Origin: Microcoleus sp.
GTDB taxonomy: Bacteria; Cyanobacteriota; Cyanobacteriia; Cyanobacteriales; Microcoleaceae
Length of the DNA: 64,000 bases
Direction: 5' to 3'
Assembly: GCA_042408215.1 (NCBI GenBank)
Contig: JAYFMW010000015.1
Location: forward strand, 1 to 64,000
The translations under genes and the position numbers were made by a program. Below the pieces are notes generated by a model. That model was not told the DNA's origin. It searched no databases and saw nothing but the letters and a program-made list of their open reading frames with translations. Shown here in pieces: positions 52,076 to 63,268 of this stretch; positions within the stretch are counted from its first letter, which is position 1; each line of letters starts with the position of its first letter.

Positions 52076-54145
52076 GTGATAAAATTGAGTCTGTCTTTGC
52101 CGCTAACCTCATTAATATTGGGTTGTAATTTGTTAATATTAGCTCCGGTCTTGGGGCAAGCAAATATTGCCGAGCCTCCAGAACCCGAATTTCAAACAAC
52201 TATAAATGCAAACTTGCCAGAGAAGAATGAGGCTACTGAGCAAGTTATTAGATTGGCAGAAACTCCAGGTGTTGCGGTTGCATCAACTGATGAAATTAAC
52301 ACGACTAACGAAACTCTGCGTCCATCACCTGTAACAACTTTCAACTCCAATGATTTTGGGGAAGAATCCCAAGACTTGTCGGTTAGTAATATTGAATCCG
52401 CGAATATCCCCCCAACCTCTATTGAAAAGGATGAGGGCTATGTTCCCTCCTTTTTAAGCCCGATTGAAGGTGAGAAAGTTAGGGGCGATCGAGTCTTGTC
52501 CGAGAAGTATTGGGAAGAATTATTGAGTAATTCAAATGCGATTTCTCGCACCTTGGAAAACCCAGTAGCTTCTGGTAATAGCTTGACCTCAGTCAACTCT
52601 AATGATGAACCTCAAGTCCAAGAAATTCCTGCTAATCAATTACAGTCGCCCCAACTATATAGCCAACCACCAGATGTTATGGAGGAAGTTACCAGTGTCA
52701 CAGATTTGCGAGATGTTAGTCCTGGGGATTGGGCTTATGAAGCGCTGCGAAGCTTGGTAGAAAAATATCGTTGCATTGCTGGTTCTGGCCAAGGTAATTT
52801 CGAGGGTAATCGTGCTATAAACCGTTATGAATTTGCTGCTGCATTGAATAGTTGCTTGATAAAGATTGGGCGTACAATTTATAGCTTGAGCAATACATTC
52901 CCGGATCGAGAAGAGTTGGCAGTTGTACAAAGGCTACAAGCAGAGTTTGCTACAGAACTGAAAACCCTCACCGCTCAAATAGATAATTTAGAACAGCGAG
53001 TAACCTCTCTAAACGACAATCAGTTTAGCACTACTACAGTGCTCCGGGGAACAGTAGATTTTAATTTAATTAGTGCTTTTGGAGACCAGAAAGCTGTTTC
53101 TTCTGGGGAAAAGCCAAGGGACGATTTGAATGAAAATCTCACCTTATCAACGCGGATAAATCTCAACTTTGATACCAGTTTTACAGGTCGAGACAGATTA
53201 CGCACTAGCATTCGGGCGGGAAATGTCAGCAATTTTGGTAGTAGTATTACTGGAACAGATATGACTCGCCTGATTGGTGCCGTTGACACTACCAATAATG
53301 TTAGGCTAGGCTCGTTGTTTTATGAGTTTCCTATAGGTAAACGTGGTAAAGTAGCGATCGCACCTCTTGCAGACTTTCCTACTCGCATTTTCCCTGCACT
53401 TAATCCTGTTTCTTCTATTTCTAATTTTGGTGCTGAAAGTCCTATCTATTCGTTTGCTTTTGGTACTGGTGCTGTAGTTTATTATAATTTTACTGATAAA
53501 ATTGCCGCTGGTGTCAGTTATTTAACTACGAGTGGTAGCAATCCAGTTGAGGGACTATTTGGCGGTCAATATACTGCTTTAACTCAGTTAACTTATACTC
53601 CATCTAATCGGTTAGCGATCGCTTTTACCTACGGTCATTACTACGCTTTGGGTTCAAGTGTTAATGTAACTGGGGGTAAGGGCAGTAGATTTGCTCAGTT
53701 GCCTTTTGGAGGAAGTACGGCGACTTCTTCTAATGCTTATGGCTTACAATCTACTTATAAGTTGAGCAATAAGTTGATTTTAGGCGCTTGGGTTAGCTAT
53801 TTTAATGCTAGGGCTGAGTCTTCGCCTCGCGTTAATGGTTTAGATGGTTCACAGGGATCTAGTGCGGACATCTGGAGTTGGGCCGTTACTGCGGTAGTGC
53901 CAGATTTGGGTAAGTTGGGGAGTCAGTTAAATTTTGTCTTTGGTATGCCTCCGAAGGTTACAAGTAATGATGTTTCTTCTCGCTTAGACCGCGATAGTTC
54001 GCTGCATTTTGAGCTATCTTATCGTTATCCACTTACTAACAACATATTTCTTACTCCGGGAGTTTTGTTGATTACTAATCCCGATCATAATGCTGCTAAT
54101 GATAGTATTTGGATTGGCTTATTCCGAACTACTTTTACGTTTTAA
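52076..54145 (+). CDS. Cyanobacterial SLH-domain OprB-type (Som/iron-uptake) porin
   Basis: LRDVSPGDWAYEALRSLVEKY, RYEFAAALN, QFSTTT.L.G, C-terminal RTTFTF. Confidence 0.92.
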   Translation: MIKLSLSLPLTSLILGCNLLILAPVLGQANIAEPPEPEFQTTINANLPEKNEATEQVIRLAETPGVAVASTDEINTTNETLRPSPVTTFNSNDFGEESQDLSVSNIESANIPPTSIEKDEGYVPSFLSPIEGEKVRGDRVLSEKYWEELLSNSNAISRTLENPVASGNSLTSVNSNDEPQVQEIPANQLQSPQLYSQPPDVMEEVTSVTDLRDVSPGDWAYEALRSLVEKYRCIAGSGQGNFEGNRAINRYEFAAALNSCLIKIGRTIYSLSNTFPDREELAVVQRLQAEFATELKTLTAQIDNLEQRVTSLNDNQFSTTTVLRGTVDFNLISAFGDQKAVSSGEKPRDDLNENLTLSTRINLNFDTSFTGRDRLRTSIRAGNVSNFGSSITGTDMTRLIGAVDTTNNVRLGSLFYEFPIGKRGKVAIAPLADFPTRIFPALNPVSSISNFGAESPIYSFAFGTGAVVYYNFTDKIAAGVSYLTTSGSNPVEGLFGGQYTALTQLTYTPSNRLAIAFTYGHYYALGSSVNVTGGKGSRFAQLPFGGSTATSSNAYGLQSTYKLSNKLILGAWVSYFNARAESSPRVNGLDGSQGSSADIWSWAVTAVVPDLGKLGSQLNFVFGMPPKVTSNDVSSRLDRDSSLHFELSYRYPLTNNIFLTPGVLLITNPDHNAANDSIWIGLFRTTFTF

Positions 54146-54147
54146 TT

Positions 54148-54321
54148 TCAACCAAAGCGTTGCAAATGCTGAATTTCGATAGTCGCTACAGCGGCGAGTT
54201 CTCCTGCTACTCGTTCATGGGTTCCTGTTGGTTGCATTTGGACAGCTACTCTATCACGTAATTCAAAGCGGTCGTAACCGTCTGGATACCAGTCCATAAA
54301 ATCTTCTAAGGTAATTGTCAT
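54148..54321 (-). pseudogene. Truncated Uma2-family endonuclease fragment
   Basis: My translation: MTITLEDFMDWYPDGYDRFELRDRVAVQMQPTGTHERVAGELA..., stop after 57 aa. Confidence 0.65.
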
Positions 54322-54462
54322 TAATTTTGGTAGGGCTTAAATCATCTGTCATTCCTTCGAGCGTTGATGTCTTTTATTTTACCGACTGGGAGGGCGGCTC
54401 AAATGTTTAGCGCGCCCTGAGAGAGGTTGAACAATCAACATTGTACCTATACGCTCGGATGA

Positions 54463-54620
54463 AACTTGACTATTAATTCAATTCAGATGCCACAACTTGA
54501 CTATTAAATCAATCCAGTCTTTGTTAAAAACGCTAAAAAATCACTAATTTTTGTGGAGCGCTAAAGTCAGGCAAGTGCCGTATAAAGTCAGGTATTTGCA
54601 GTATAAAATCAGTGAGATTA
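54463..54620. repeat. Iteron-like direct repeats
   Basis: AACTTGACTATTAA(T/A)TCAAT(T/C)CAG at 54463 and 54494; TAAAGTCAGG/TAAAATCAGT with a 21-bp period at 54562, 54583 and 54604. Confidence 0.6.
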
Positions 54621-55235
54621 CAGGCATTTGCAGGGGCTGCACTCTACCTGTATTTACCCGAAAATATCCTGCTTTCCGTCTGAATTTTTCTGTCAAATTG
54701 CTGCTTTTTTGTGCTGTTCGTGCCTTTGCTTGTTGAGGCTGCTTTTGGCTGTTCTCTCTCGGTAGCAAGCAATGTTTTTGCGATCGCAAACCCTGACTAA
54801 TGCGTGCCGACAAAAAATAATACACCCTCATGAATGGGGAATCCTAGGTGTCAAGTAGCTTGATTTTTACCCGATATCCAACTGTGCCGATTGCTCGCAT
54901 TGCTCCTGCTGTTGTGGCGGCTTTTGTGGCAGCACAGGCATCAATTGCCACAACTTTCCCATCGCGCCTGGGTAGCGATCGCTCGCATTGTTCGCTCTCT
55001 TGTTAACCAGCCCTCGCCGTCAGACGTTTAATCGTCCTTCCACTGCGATCGCCTCCCAAGCCAGAATTTATACAAACAAATTAAATTAAGTTAGAGTTGG
55101 GTAGGGGTCAGTCTCACTTTGATAAACCCTCTAATAGCCCTCTCCAATTGGAGGGGATAAAATCACCTGATTAGCGGTTTTTAATTACAGTTGTTAACTT
55201 GTATCTTGGCAAGAGGTTTTTACTGATTAAAAACT

Positions 55236-55637
55236 ATGAAAACTTTATCGGAAGTCAAACCTAGAGAGCTGCTATCCAACCATATTCACATTCGCCTCAC
55301 TGACTCTGACTACAATCAAATTAAAGCCAGAGCAGAGCAAGTAAATTTAAGCATGAGCGACTTCATGCGCCGTGCAGCATTGAAGAGAGCCATGCCGCGC
55401 CCTCTAGCTGCATTTGAATTAAAAGCCTATCAAGTTTTGTGCAAGATTGATGCCCAATTTAGAATTGCAGGAAACAACCTCAATCAGATTGCTAAAGCTT
55501 GCAATAGTGCTGTAATATTGGGAGAACCAGTTGTTGTCAATACAGGACTCTTAGAAAGCGTACAGCGACTCATTCGAGAAAACGGGAAGGCAATTAAAAC
55601 AATAGTTGCAAACCTCGCCAAATCTACAGTACGCTAA
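55236..55637 (+). CDS. mobC: Plasmid mobilisation relaxosome accessory protein
   Basis: RHH N-terminus IHIRLT...MSDFMRR; GNNLNQIAK. Confidence 0.9.
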   Translation: MKTLSEVKPRELLSNHIHIRLTDSDYNQIKARAEQVNLSMSDFMRRAALKRAMPRPLAAFELKAYQVLCKIDAQFRIAGNNLNQIAKACNSAVILGEPVVVNTGLLESVQRLIRENGKAIKTIVANLAKSTVR

Positions 55638-55702
55638 TTATTAACAAGCCTGGGCTTTACCGCCTGAGCAATCGATTCTGTGCAACTGACGGCTTTTCGG
55701 TT

Positions 55703-56554
55703 ATGATCGGCAAACAAATCAAAGGTACAGGCTTTAGGGGCTGTTTGAACTACGTGCTGGGCAAAAAAGACGCTTATCTGATTGGCGGCACTATGTGCGG
55801 ACAGACTCCTGAAGAACTTGCTGCTGAATTTGCGATCGCCCGACAACTAAGACCTAACCTGAAAGTAGCAGTTTTTCACGCCACTTTATCTGTCGATCGC
55901 ACCGAGAGACTGGAAGATTCTGAAGAGAATGACCAGCGCTGGCTGGCGATCGCAGCCAACTACATGAAAGCGATGGAATTTGACAACAACCAGTACGCAG
56001 TTGTCAAGCACAGCGATACAGAACACGACCACATTCACATCGTCGCCAGTCGCATTCGCCTAGATGGAAGTGTCGTTGACGATAGCTGGGATTATTACAC
56101 AAGCCAAGAAACTATTCGCCAGCTCGAACAGGACTATAATCTAGAAATTGTCGCGCCGAGTTGGGAAACAGACAAGCGAGCTCCGACTACAGGAGAACAC
56201 AGGCACTTACAAAGCAAGGGAAACAAGAGCGTCAGGGTGCAATTACAAGACCTAATTGATGAAGTTACCCAAGATAACTCAACTATGCCAGAATTCGTTG
56301 AGCGGTTGCAGCAACAAGGCGTAGAGGTGCAAGTCAGACTGACTCGAACTGGGTTCAGTAAAGGGATTTCTTACAACTTAAATGGAGTCGCTTTCAGCGG
56401 CACTCAGTTGGGTAAAGCTTACACTTTTTATGGATTGCAGAAGCATCGAGGCGTTAGCTATGACAAAGGGCGAGATAACGCCTTAATTGAGGCTTTAATG
56501 CAGCCACAAATTTTAGCTATTGCCCCCAGCGAGGGTTACGTTTTCTCGTACTAA
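55703..56554 (+). CDS. MOB-P/VirD2-type relaxase, possibly C-terminally truncated
   Basis: KG.GFRGCLNYV (Tyr), VFHATLS, HSDTEHDHIHIV (HUH). Confidence 0.92.
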   Translation: MIGKQIKGTGFRGCLNYVLGKKDAYLIGGTMCGQTPEELAAEFAIARQLRPNLKVAVFHATLSVDRTERLEDSEENDQRWLAIAANYMKAMEFDNNQYAVVKHSDTEHDHIHIVASRIRLDGSVVDDSWDYYTSQETIRQLEQDYNLEIVAPSWETDKRAPTTGEHRHLQSKGNKSVRVQLQDLIDEVTQDNSTMPEFVERLQQQGVEVQVRLTRTGFSKGISYNLNGVAFSGTQLGKAYTFYGLQKHRGVSYDKGRDNALIEALMQPQILAIAPSEGYVFSY

Positions 56555-56696
56555 ATTTCACGAAAAAAACAAATTTATGAGCGCTGTCGCGCCCAAAAAT
56601 AAAGCATCGGACAAAAAAATAGAACTATCACAAACCTACACCTATTACTTCAATATTTTAACCTGCGTCCACCAAACATAAAACGAACTGTACATC

Positions 56697-56933
56697 ATGG
56701 GCATAAAAACAACACTTGTACTAAATTTTCAACAAACAAGCTATCAAACGCTCGACCAAATAATCCACGCTCTACGACTTGTGAGAGACCAAAAAGTCCA
56801 AGAGAGAAAGTCAATTATCGAGCAAGAACTGCTGGGATTAAACTTCCAAATTCCTCACGAAAGCAGCAACCGTAGCAACAACGACAGCAGCAACGGCAGC
56901 AACAAAAACTGCGAGCTAAAAATCGACTGGTAA
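56697..56933 (+). CDS. Small hypothetical protein
   Basis: ATG-started ORF co-oriented with the mob genes; low-complexity S/N tail. Confidence 0.35.
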   Translation: MGIKTTLVLNFQQTSYQTLDQIIHALRLVRDQKVQERKSIIEQELLGLNFQIPHESSNRSNNDSSNGSNKNCELKIDW

Positions 56934-57000
56934 TTCAATTATGCCGGAGAGACAAGTTTGTTTCTCCGGCAGCCGCAAACATCTTTCACCACATTCAAAA

Positions 57001-57277
57001 ATGGCAAACAAAATGGCAGGATACCTGTATCTTCTGCACTTTGAAAAGCCGATATGTTCAACTCATCCAGCCCAACACTACGTCGGCTGGACAATCATAT
57101 TTGGACGAAAGGCTTTGGAAACATAAAAAAGGCAGAGGTGCTAAATTTTGCGCCGCTGCCCGAGAACGCGGAATAAACTTTGTCTTGGCAGAATGCTGGG
57201 TTGCAGACAAAAGTTTTGAGAGGAGAATCAAAAGGCAAAAAAACCACAAACGTTTTTGCCCTCTTTGCAAAAACTGA
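57001..57277 (+). pseudogene. Small GIY-YIG-like nuclease with a frameshift
   Basis: YLYLLHF...HYVGWT in one frame continues as SYLDERLWKHKKGRGAKF...ERRIK...CPLC in another; shift at about 57093. Confidence 0.72.
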
Positions 57278-57442
57278 ACTGAAAGGAAAAATCAGCTTTT
57301 TTGTAGGAAATGCAATCCCACTAGGACGAAACATAACAGTTTTCAAACATTGTGAGATACAGTTGACCGATTACCTTTTTCCCCATTACCAAGAAGCCAA
57401 TTTTCCGATCTACACCGCTTTCATTAGCTTGCATAAATAGTT

Positions 57443-57486
57443 GCAACTGGGTGTTAAGTTTCGTACTTAAACTCAACACCCAGTTG
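57443..57486. terminator. Bidirectional hairpin between convergent genes
   Basis: CAACTGGGTGTT.AGTTT...AAACT.AACACCCAGTTG. Confidence 0.6.
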
Positions 57487-57510
57487 TTTGTGCGTAATTC
57501 CTGTATCTAT

Positions 57511-57582
57511 TAGACATCTCCCATAAGGATTGTGGAACAGGCCCAACGGCCTGTTCTGAACTGTCTTTTTGGGAGATATCTA
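57511..57582. repeat. Short inverted-repeat element at the fic stop codon
   Basis: TAGACATCTCCCA...TGGGAGATATCTA with an internal GAACAGGCC/GGCCTGTTC hairpin. Confidence 0.55.
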
Positions 57583-58626
57583 TTGCTTTCGCCAATGCGC
57601 CTCCACCCCTCGTCCCCGACATTGCAAATGCCCAGCATCTCTTTCCCGGCGCAATAGACGGCGAATCAAATCAATTCCCACTGTTGGACACCGTTCCTGC
57701 AATTCCCTAATCGAGAATTCTTGAGGCAAATTGTTAATCGCATCCAATACGATCGCCGTTTTAGTTCCTTTTGCAGAAGTAACATATCCCACCCGCTGCT
57801 CAAACTCCCGATAAGCTGATAGCAGCATGACTCCCAAGAAATACTCCCACCAAGGTAATAAGTTATGCTGCCCTTCATGCCATCCTTGGGAAGATTGGTA
57901 AAGCGTATCATAATAGCTTTCCTTAGTTCTCTCCACAATCCGTTCCAAACTAATAAATTGCCCTACCTCATAACCAGCTTTGTATAGCAGCAACAAAGTC
58001 AGCAACCTTGCCATTCGCCCGTTTCCATCTAAAAAGGGATGAATGCATAAGAAATCCAAAATATAAGTTGGAATCAGCAATAAAGGTTCTATTTCGCCCG
58101 ATTCCCAGAGGCGATTAAACCGTTCTTGCAGGCGTTCCATTGCCGCAGGAGTAGCATAAGCGGGAGTAGGTTGAAACCTCACCACTTTAGTCCCGTCAGG
58201 ATAAGTAGCGCTAATTTCATTATCCACTGTTTTCCAGCGCCCGCCTGTATTAACAGCAAATTGGTAAAGGTCGCGGTGCAGTTGTAAAATCACCCCTGTA
58301 CTAAAAGGAATGTGGGTATAACTGGTGTGAATTGTAGTTAGCACGTCCCGATAACCCGCAATTTCTTGTTCTGAACGATCGCGCGGCGTTGTTTTTTCTG
58401 TTACTAATTTCTTAATCCGTTCTAGTGGCACTGTAATGCCTTCAATGCGGTTAGAAGATTCGGTGCTCTGAATAACCGCAGCTTGGCGCAAAGTGCCTAA
58501 AACTTGGGGGGCTTGTTGTTTGAATAACTCTTGCTTTCCCTTGTACTCTCCAAGCAAACGAATTGTTTGCAGAAGTCTTTGGTTGAGCTGTTGACTTTCA
58601 ATGAACCCCTTTTCAAATGACAGCAT
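57580..58626 (-). CDS. Fic-family protein with an inhibitory helix and a C-terminal HTH
   Basis: HPFLDGNGRMAR; SSNRIEG. Confidence 0.93.
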   Translation of the reverse strand: MLSFEKGFIESQQLNQRLLQTIRLLGEYKGKQELFKQQAPQVLGTLRQAAVIQSTESSNRIEGITVPLERIKKLVTEKTTPRDRSEQEIAGYRDVLTTIHTSYTHIPFSTGVILQLHRDLYQFAVNTGGRWKTVDNEISATYPDGTKVVRFQPTPAYATPAAMERLQERFNRLWESGEIEPLLLIPTYILDFLCIHPFLDGNGRMARLLTLLLLYKAGYEVGQFISLERIVERTKESYYDTLYQSSQGWHEGQHNLLPWWEYFLGVMLLSAYREFEQRVGYVTSAKGTKTAIVLDAINNLPQEFSIRELQERCPTVGIDLIRRLLRRERDAGHLQCRGRGVEAHWRKQ

Positions 58627-58773
58627 ATCTATTTTTTATCCTTTGTATTAATTATAAACATTTATCGCAGTCAATAACTCGGATATTGCGTGCGCTCGCA
58701 TCAAAACTTTGAAAGCCGATCGCAAGCAGAACCGACGCCAAATCCAGATAAATAAGTAAGGCGATAGTTGCTT

Positions 58774-59667
58774 TTAGCCATAGCCTTCTACCGCCAGTAA
58801 TTCTTTAGCTTCTTGATGCTTCCCTATTTCTAGGAGAAGATTCGCTTCTGTTGCTGTGGCTACAGCCCAACCTTGAATAGAAACATCAGCATTGAGCATG
58901 ATTGCAGCATCTAATTCTGGGGTAGCTTGCATTGCTTGATTACTGAGAAATAGTCGCACTCTGGAAGCTGTTTTAATCGCAGCTCTCGGTGATTTATCAG
59001 GAAAACGAGAACGATCGTCAAGTTCAGCTTTTAAAGCAGCAATTTCTTTAATTAGCATTGCTTGATGAAGATGAGAAATAGCTTTGGCGAGGCTTCGTTG
59101 CTTTTGGCGGCTATCTTCTACCAATAAGTACAGATATGCTAATTGTCCAGAGATAATCTCTAAGCGATTATCAACACGATTTAAACCAGCTTCAACCAAA
59201 TTAAAGCCTGTTATTAAGCTATTATCAATACGATTTAAGCCAGCTTCAACTCGGTTAAAGCCTTCTTCCATTGACTGTTGAAGATGACCTAAACTTTTTT
59301 GTATTTGGTGCAGTTTATAGCCCATATAAGCAAAGCCAGCAATACTGACACCAAGGTTTAAAACACTTGCACCCGCTGCAATTTGAGTTATTCCCATTAC
59401 TGAGGATAAGGTTTGTTCGATACCTATTAATTTATGATAGGTAAGCCCATGACCAATAATGTCAATTCCTCCCAAAATGGGGGAAAAGGGAATACCCATC
59501 AGTTTGTTAGTCAGTCCGGGAGTTTCAGCTAAATGGCGGACAATTTGACCAGCATTTTCTGTACCCGCAGCCCATCTAATAACGCTTCCGTAGCGTTGCA
59601 TTGAGCCATTTAACAAACCTTGGATGATTTCGGGATTGTCAACTAAAAGAGTGGTATTAATTAACAT
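58774..59667 (-). CDS. Hypothetical membrane/coiled-coil protein of the dynamin-like operon; may be truncated
   Basis: Hydrophobic IAAGASVLNLGVSIAGFAYM followed by repeated GFN.VEAGLNR.DN. Confidence 0.7.
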   Translation of the reverse strand: MLINTTLLVDNPEIIQGLLNGSMQRYGSVIRWAAGTENAGQIVRHLAETPGLTNKLMGIPFSPILGGIDIIGHGLTYHKLIGIEQTLSSVMGITQIAAGASVLNLGVSIAGFAYMGYKLHQIQKSLGHLQQSMEEGFNRVEAGLNRIDNSLITGFNLVEAGLNRVDNRLEIISGQLAYLYLLVEDSRQKQRSLAKAISHLHQAMLIKEIAALKAELDDRSRFPDKSPRAAIKTASRVRLFLSNQAMQATPELDAAIMLNADVSIQGWAVATATEANLLLEIGKHQEAKELLAVEGYG

Positions 59668-59681
59668 TTGAATTACTATGT

Positions 59682-60404
59682 TTAGCGATTATAAACGTCA
59701 AAGTTTCCGTAGGCTTCCATTTGCAATCTAGGCGATATTTTCAACTTATTTACTAAATCAGCTAAGTTACGAAAAGCGTCATATCTATCGAGTTGATTTA
59801 CATTTGGATTAAATCCTTCATCAGCTTGATTTAGTTCAATATAGACTAAGTAAATTTCATATTCTGATTCTTCTCCTTTTGATACTGAATACTGATTGAT
59901 ACTAGCTCTTCTTTGATTTAAATCAGTTTTAGAACCTAGCCATAAATATTTCGTGATTTCGTAAAGTGCTTCTCCATCACTAAAATCAATTCGTCTTTTT
60001 GTTTGGAGTGATTCAAGTAAATCTGCTTGTGACGCAGAAACTACTAAAACTAAATATTGTTTAGTAATTCTTTGAGTTGGAGGAGCTTGAACTGTGGAAG
60101 ATTGAGGATGAGGATAAGACTGTCTAGGTTCTTCTCTAGGAGTTGTCTGTGTCTGTTGTTGTCTTTGAACTGTGCGCTCTTGAACTGTAGAAGATGGATG
60201 AAGATCGGGGTTATATTCTATAGATTCTTCCCTACGATTCGTCAGTAGTAATTGTTCCTCTTGTTGCTTTTTGAGATAATGTACTCCTGCCCCTGCTGCT
60301 CCTGCTCCTGCTAATAACCCTCCTACTGATCCTGCTACTGCTGTTCCTACTGCTACTGCTGTTCCTACTACTACTGCTACTTCTAACAATTCCCTAGGCT
60401 CCAT
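59682..60404 (-). CDS. Hypothetical protein with an N-terminal Gly/Ala-rich hydrophobic segment
   Basis: ORF with an AGGAG RBS, in an operon with the dynamin-like gene. Confidence 0.7.
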   Translation of the reverse strand: MEPRELLEVAVVVGTAVAVGTAVAGSVGGLLAGAGAAGAGVHYLKKQQEEQLLLTNRREESIEYNPDLHPSSTVQERTVQRQQQTQTTPREEPRQSYPHPQSSTVQAPPTQRITKQYLVLVVSASQADLLESLQTKRRIDFSDGEALYEITKYLWLGSKTDLNQRRASINQYSVSKGEESEYEIYLVYIELNQADEGFNPNVNQLDRYDAFRNLADLVNKLKISPRLQMEAYGNFDVYNR

Positions 60405-60442
60405 TTTTTAACTCCTGAATTTTACTATGTTTAAAACCTACT

Positions 60443-62950
60443 TTACTGACGACAATCTTCTGCTAACTTTTGACAAATTGCTGTTGCATTATCTTTTTGC
60501 ACTTCAAAATCGCGCCAAAACTGTTTTTCCTGTTCAAAGTTATCCTCAATAAAACTTAATTGTTGTTGCAAAGCACGTTCAGCTAGATTGGTAATCTCAT
60601 CAACGGATTCTTCAAAGATACTGCTAACATAATCTAATCGTTTGAAAATCCAGCCACATAAAATATCCCATAAACTTGCTTTGTTTTTCGCAATTCCACT
60701 TGACCATTGTTTTGCCATTAAGTCTGGAGAAGGAAGAAAAAGTTCAACATACTCGATATCTTCGTAAATATTCCTAGTTACAGCTTCTTCGTAATTACGG
60801 GTTACGGGTCGTGTTTTTGTTCTCGTTTTCGTGCTAAAGAAACAAGAACCATCTTTATAAGATTCTGTATAACTTTGATCTTCAGTTTTTGTGCGAGTTT
60901 CATATTCTGTTTTCGTACCAACTACTTCTCTTTGTTGGGAGCGATTTTGCTTAATAGCGTCTGGAAGCTCAAAAAACTTCTCCGGTAAAGTTGGCAAGTT
61001 TTGAGCTAACTTTTTGCGTAAATTACTGATGGCTGCTTTTTCAATATTAATCGCAGAAAAATTTGAGGCGGACAAACAAACTTTTAAGCTATTAACTTGT
61101 ACATCAACTAATGATTCTAAAGCTTGTTCAAACTGTTGAGCTTTTCCTTGTAAAACAAACTCTGCTCTTTTGGTGATAGCTTCTCTCATATTGTAATACA
61201 GGATACGAACATAACGCTCATCATGTTCAAGTTCTTTTGTCCCTTTATCATCATCAGCTCTTACACGCTTAACTAAATATTCTGACTGTTGAGAAAATTT
61301 GCTGAGTCTTCGACTAACATTATCATAAGCTTTTGAAATATTATCCGCTAATGAAGGTAATGTGACTTCCCGTAGTTTATCTCTCAGTTCAAAAGCTCCT
61401 TGGTTCTTCTTAAGAGAATCGCGAACTGGAACAATTAGAACTTTGGTTAAGTCTCCTTCCACCTCAGCGACAGCATCAAAAATTATAGAAAACCCCTTAC
61501 GTCCTTTTTTGTCAGCATCTTGTTTAATCTTAATCCGACTTTTAGGATCGTCGTTTTTCAATCCTTCTATTAATTGCTCAATCTCGGTCTTAAATTCTTT
61601 CCCAAGTTTTTTGATGTTTTTTTGCAAGTCTTGACGAATTTGAGCAATCTTTTCTCTTTCTTGTTCAACCTGTTCTTGATTATTAATCTTTCGTGTTTTA
61701 ATCAGAATATCTAGATTATCTGACAAAGACTCATAGTTATTGAATACTTCCAACAACGCAGGAAGTATTACCAGTTCAGCAAATGATTTTTGAACCCGTC
61801 TACGGAAGCAATCCCAAAGTTCTTTACCGCCACTCCATTCTAAAGAATAGTGGAGAATTTTTCGCAGGGTTTCATCATCAATAGCCTCATTGTCTTCAAC
61901 TCGATCTTCAATATCACGAAACCAATTCTTTAAATCTCGGTTCTCTTTAGTATTTAACTTAATAACTCCTGCACAATCTTGAAACATAGCTTTAAGAAGT
62001 TTTAAGCGTAGTTCCTGATTTATCAGTGATGGTTCGTTAAAAGATCCTGAACCCCAAGCACACTGGGCATAATATAAAATACGAGCATTAAAAGGGAGAA
62101 CATCAGGAAGTTCTGGAAGTGATAAAACGTCTTTAATTTCTTCTCTTAATTTATCAACACGTACTGACAAAGGTAAATCATCTGCTCCTCGGTTATCTAC
62201 TCGATTTAAGATAAAAATCATCGAATCTGTGCGTCCCTGTAGGTATTCGACAATTTTCTTTAATTCTTCCAATAGGCGTTTTCTGTGGACATCATCTACC
62301 TGCATATAGTCCAAAGCTACTAAACTAAAAGCTTTATTAACTTGCTTTTGAATAGTTGCTAAGTTAGTCCGGTCTTGAACTGATTTCAATCCAGGTAAAT
62401 CAATCAATTCAACTCCTATATTGTTTGGTAAACCCAGTAAAGAAGCATCACAAGCAGGTAAAATAGGAACATAAGCTGTTAGTTGTGGCGCAACATATTC
62501 CCGTTTTTTCCGCGCATCGTGATAGGAGTGCATCACGGTGCGAATTCGCTGATATAAATCCTCATCACTTAAGTTCGTCCATTCTCCAGTATCCCAAGCC
62601 GCATCCTCTGTTTCTGCAATTATTAATTTCTGTTCTTGGGAATGTTTGATGGTTAATACACCCCCACTCATTTCCCCTGCTTCAATAGGCGCAATTTTCC
62701 GACCAATAAGCGCATTAACAATCGTTGACTTTCCCGAGGAAGTTGTTCCCAGAGTAGCAATCCGAAAACTAGGATTTTCTAGCCGTTGGACAGCTTCTTG
62801 ATAAACAGTTAAAAAATCCTGTAGGGAAGATTGAATCCCTGAATCAGCAAAAACATCAGGGGACGAGTTGACTAAGCTAGAGACTGAAGTCCCTAATTAT
62901 TGTAAGAGGTTGCGGGTGTTGTTTAACTTAGATTCAATATTTAGTTCCAC
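60443..62950 (-). pseudogene. Dynamin-like GTPase with an early nonsense codon
   Basis: The frame extends upstream of the tracked ORF through G1 LGTTSSGKSTIVNALIG to GTG 62950, with in-frame TAA at 62897-62899; G3 DLPG and G4 NRVD lie downstream. Confidence 0.82.
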
Positions 62951-63268
62951 TGGAAGCCTCTGTAATTAATACTTTGGGTTAATTCCACTAATTTATTAAA
63001 AAATCAACGGTTTGCTTTCCAGCAAATCCTCCCCGCGCTAGCGAAGTATGCTGCTGTTGCTTATCGTGTTTACTATTTCTTGGTTAAGCGCGATCGCTCT
63101 TTGAACAATCAACAGCATATCACTTTTACTATATTACTGCATTAACAAGTTATAACACCTTAACAAATTCCCCTACCGTGGAACAAGTAAACTCCCCAGG
63201 GCAAAAGGCATTTTCAACCGCACGCCCAAAACGGACTCAACCTCTCAAACAGCTCAGGTTCCCCTTGA

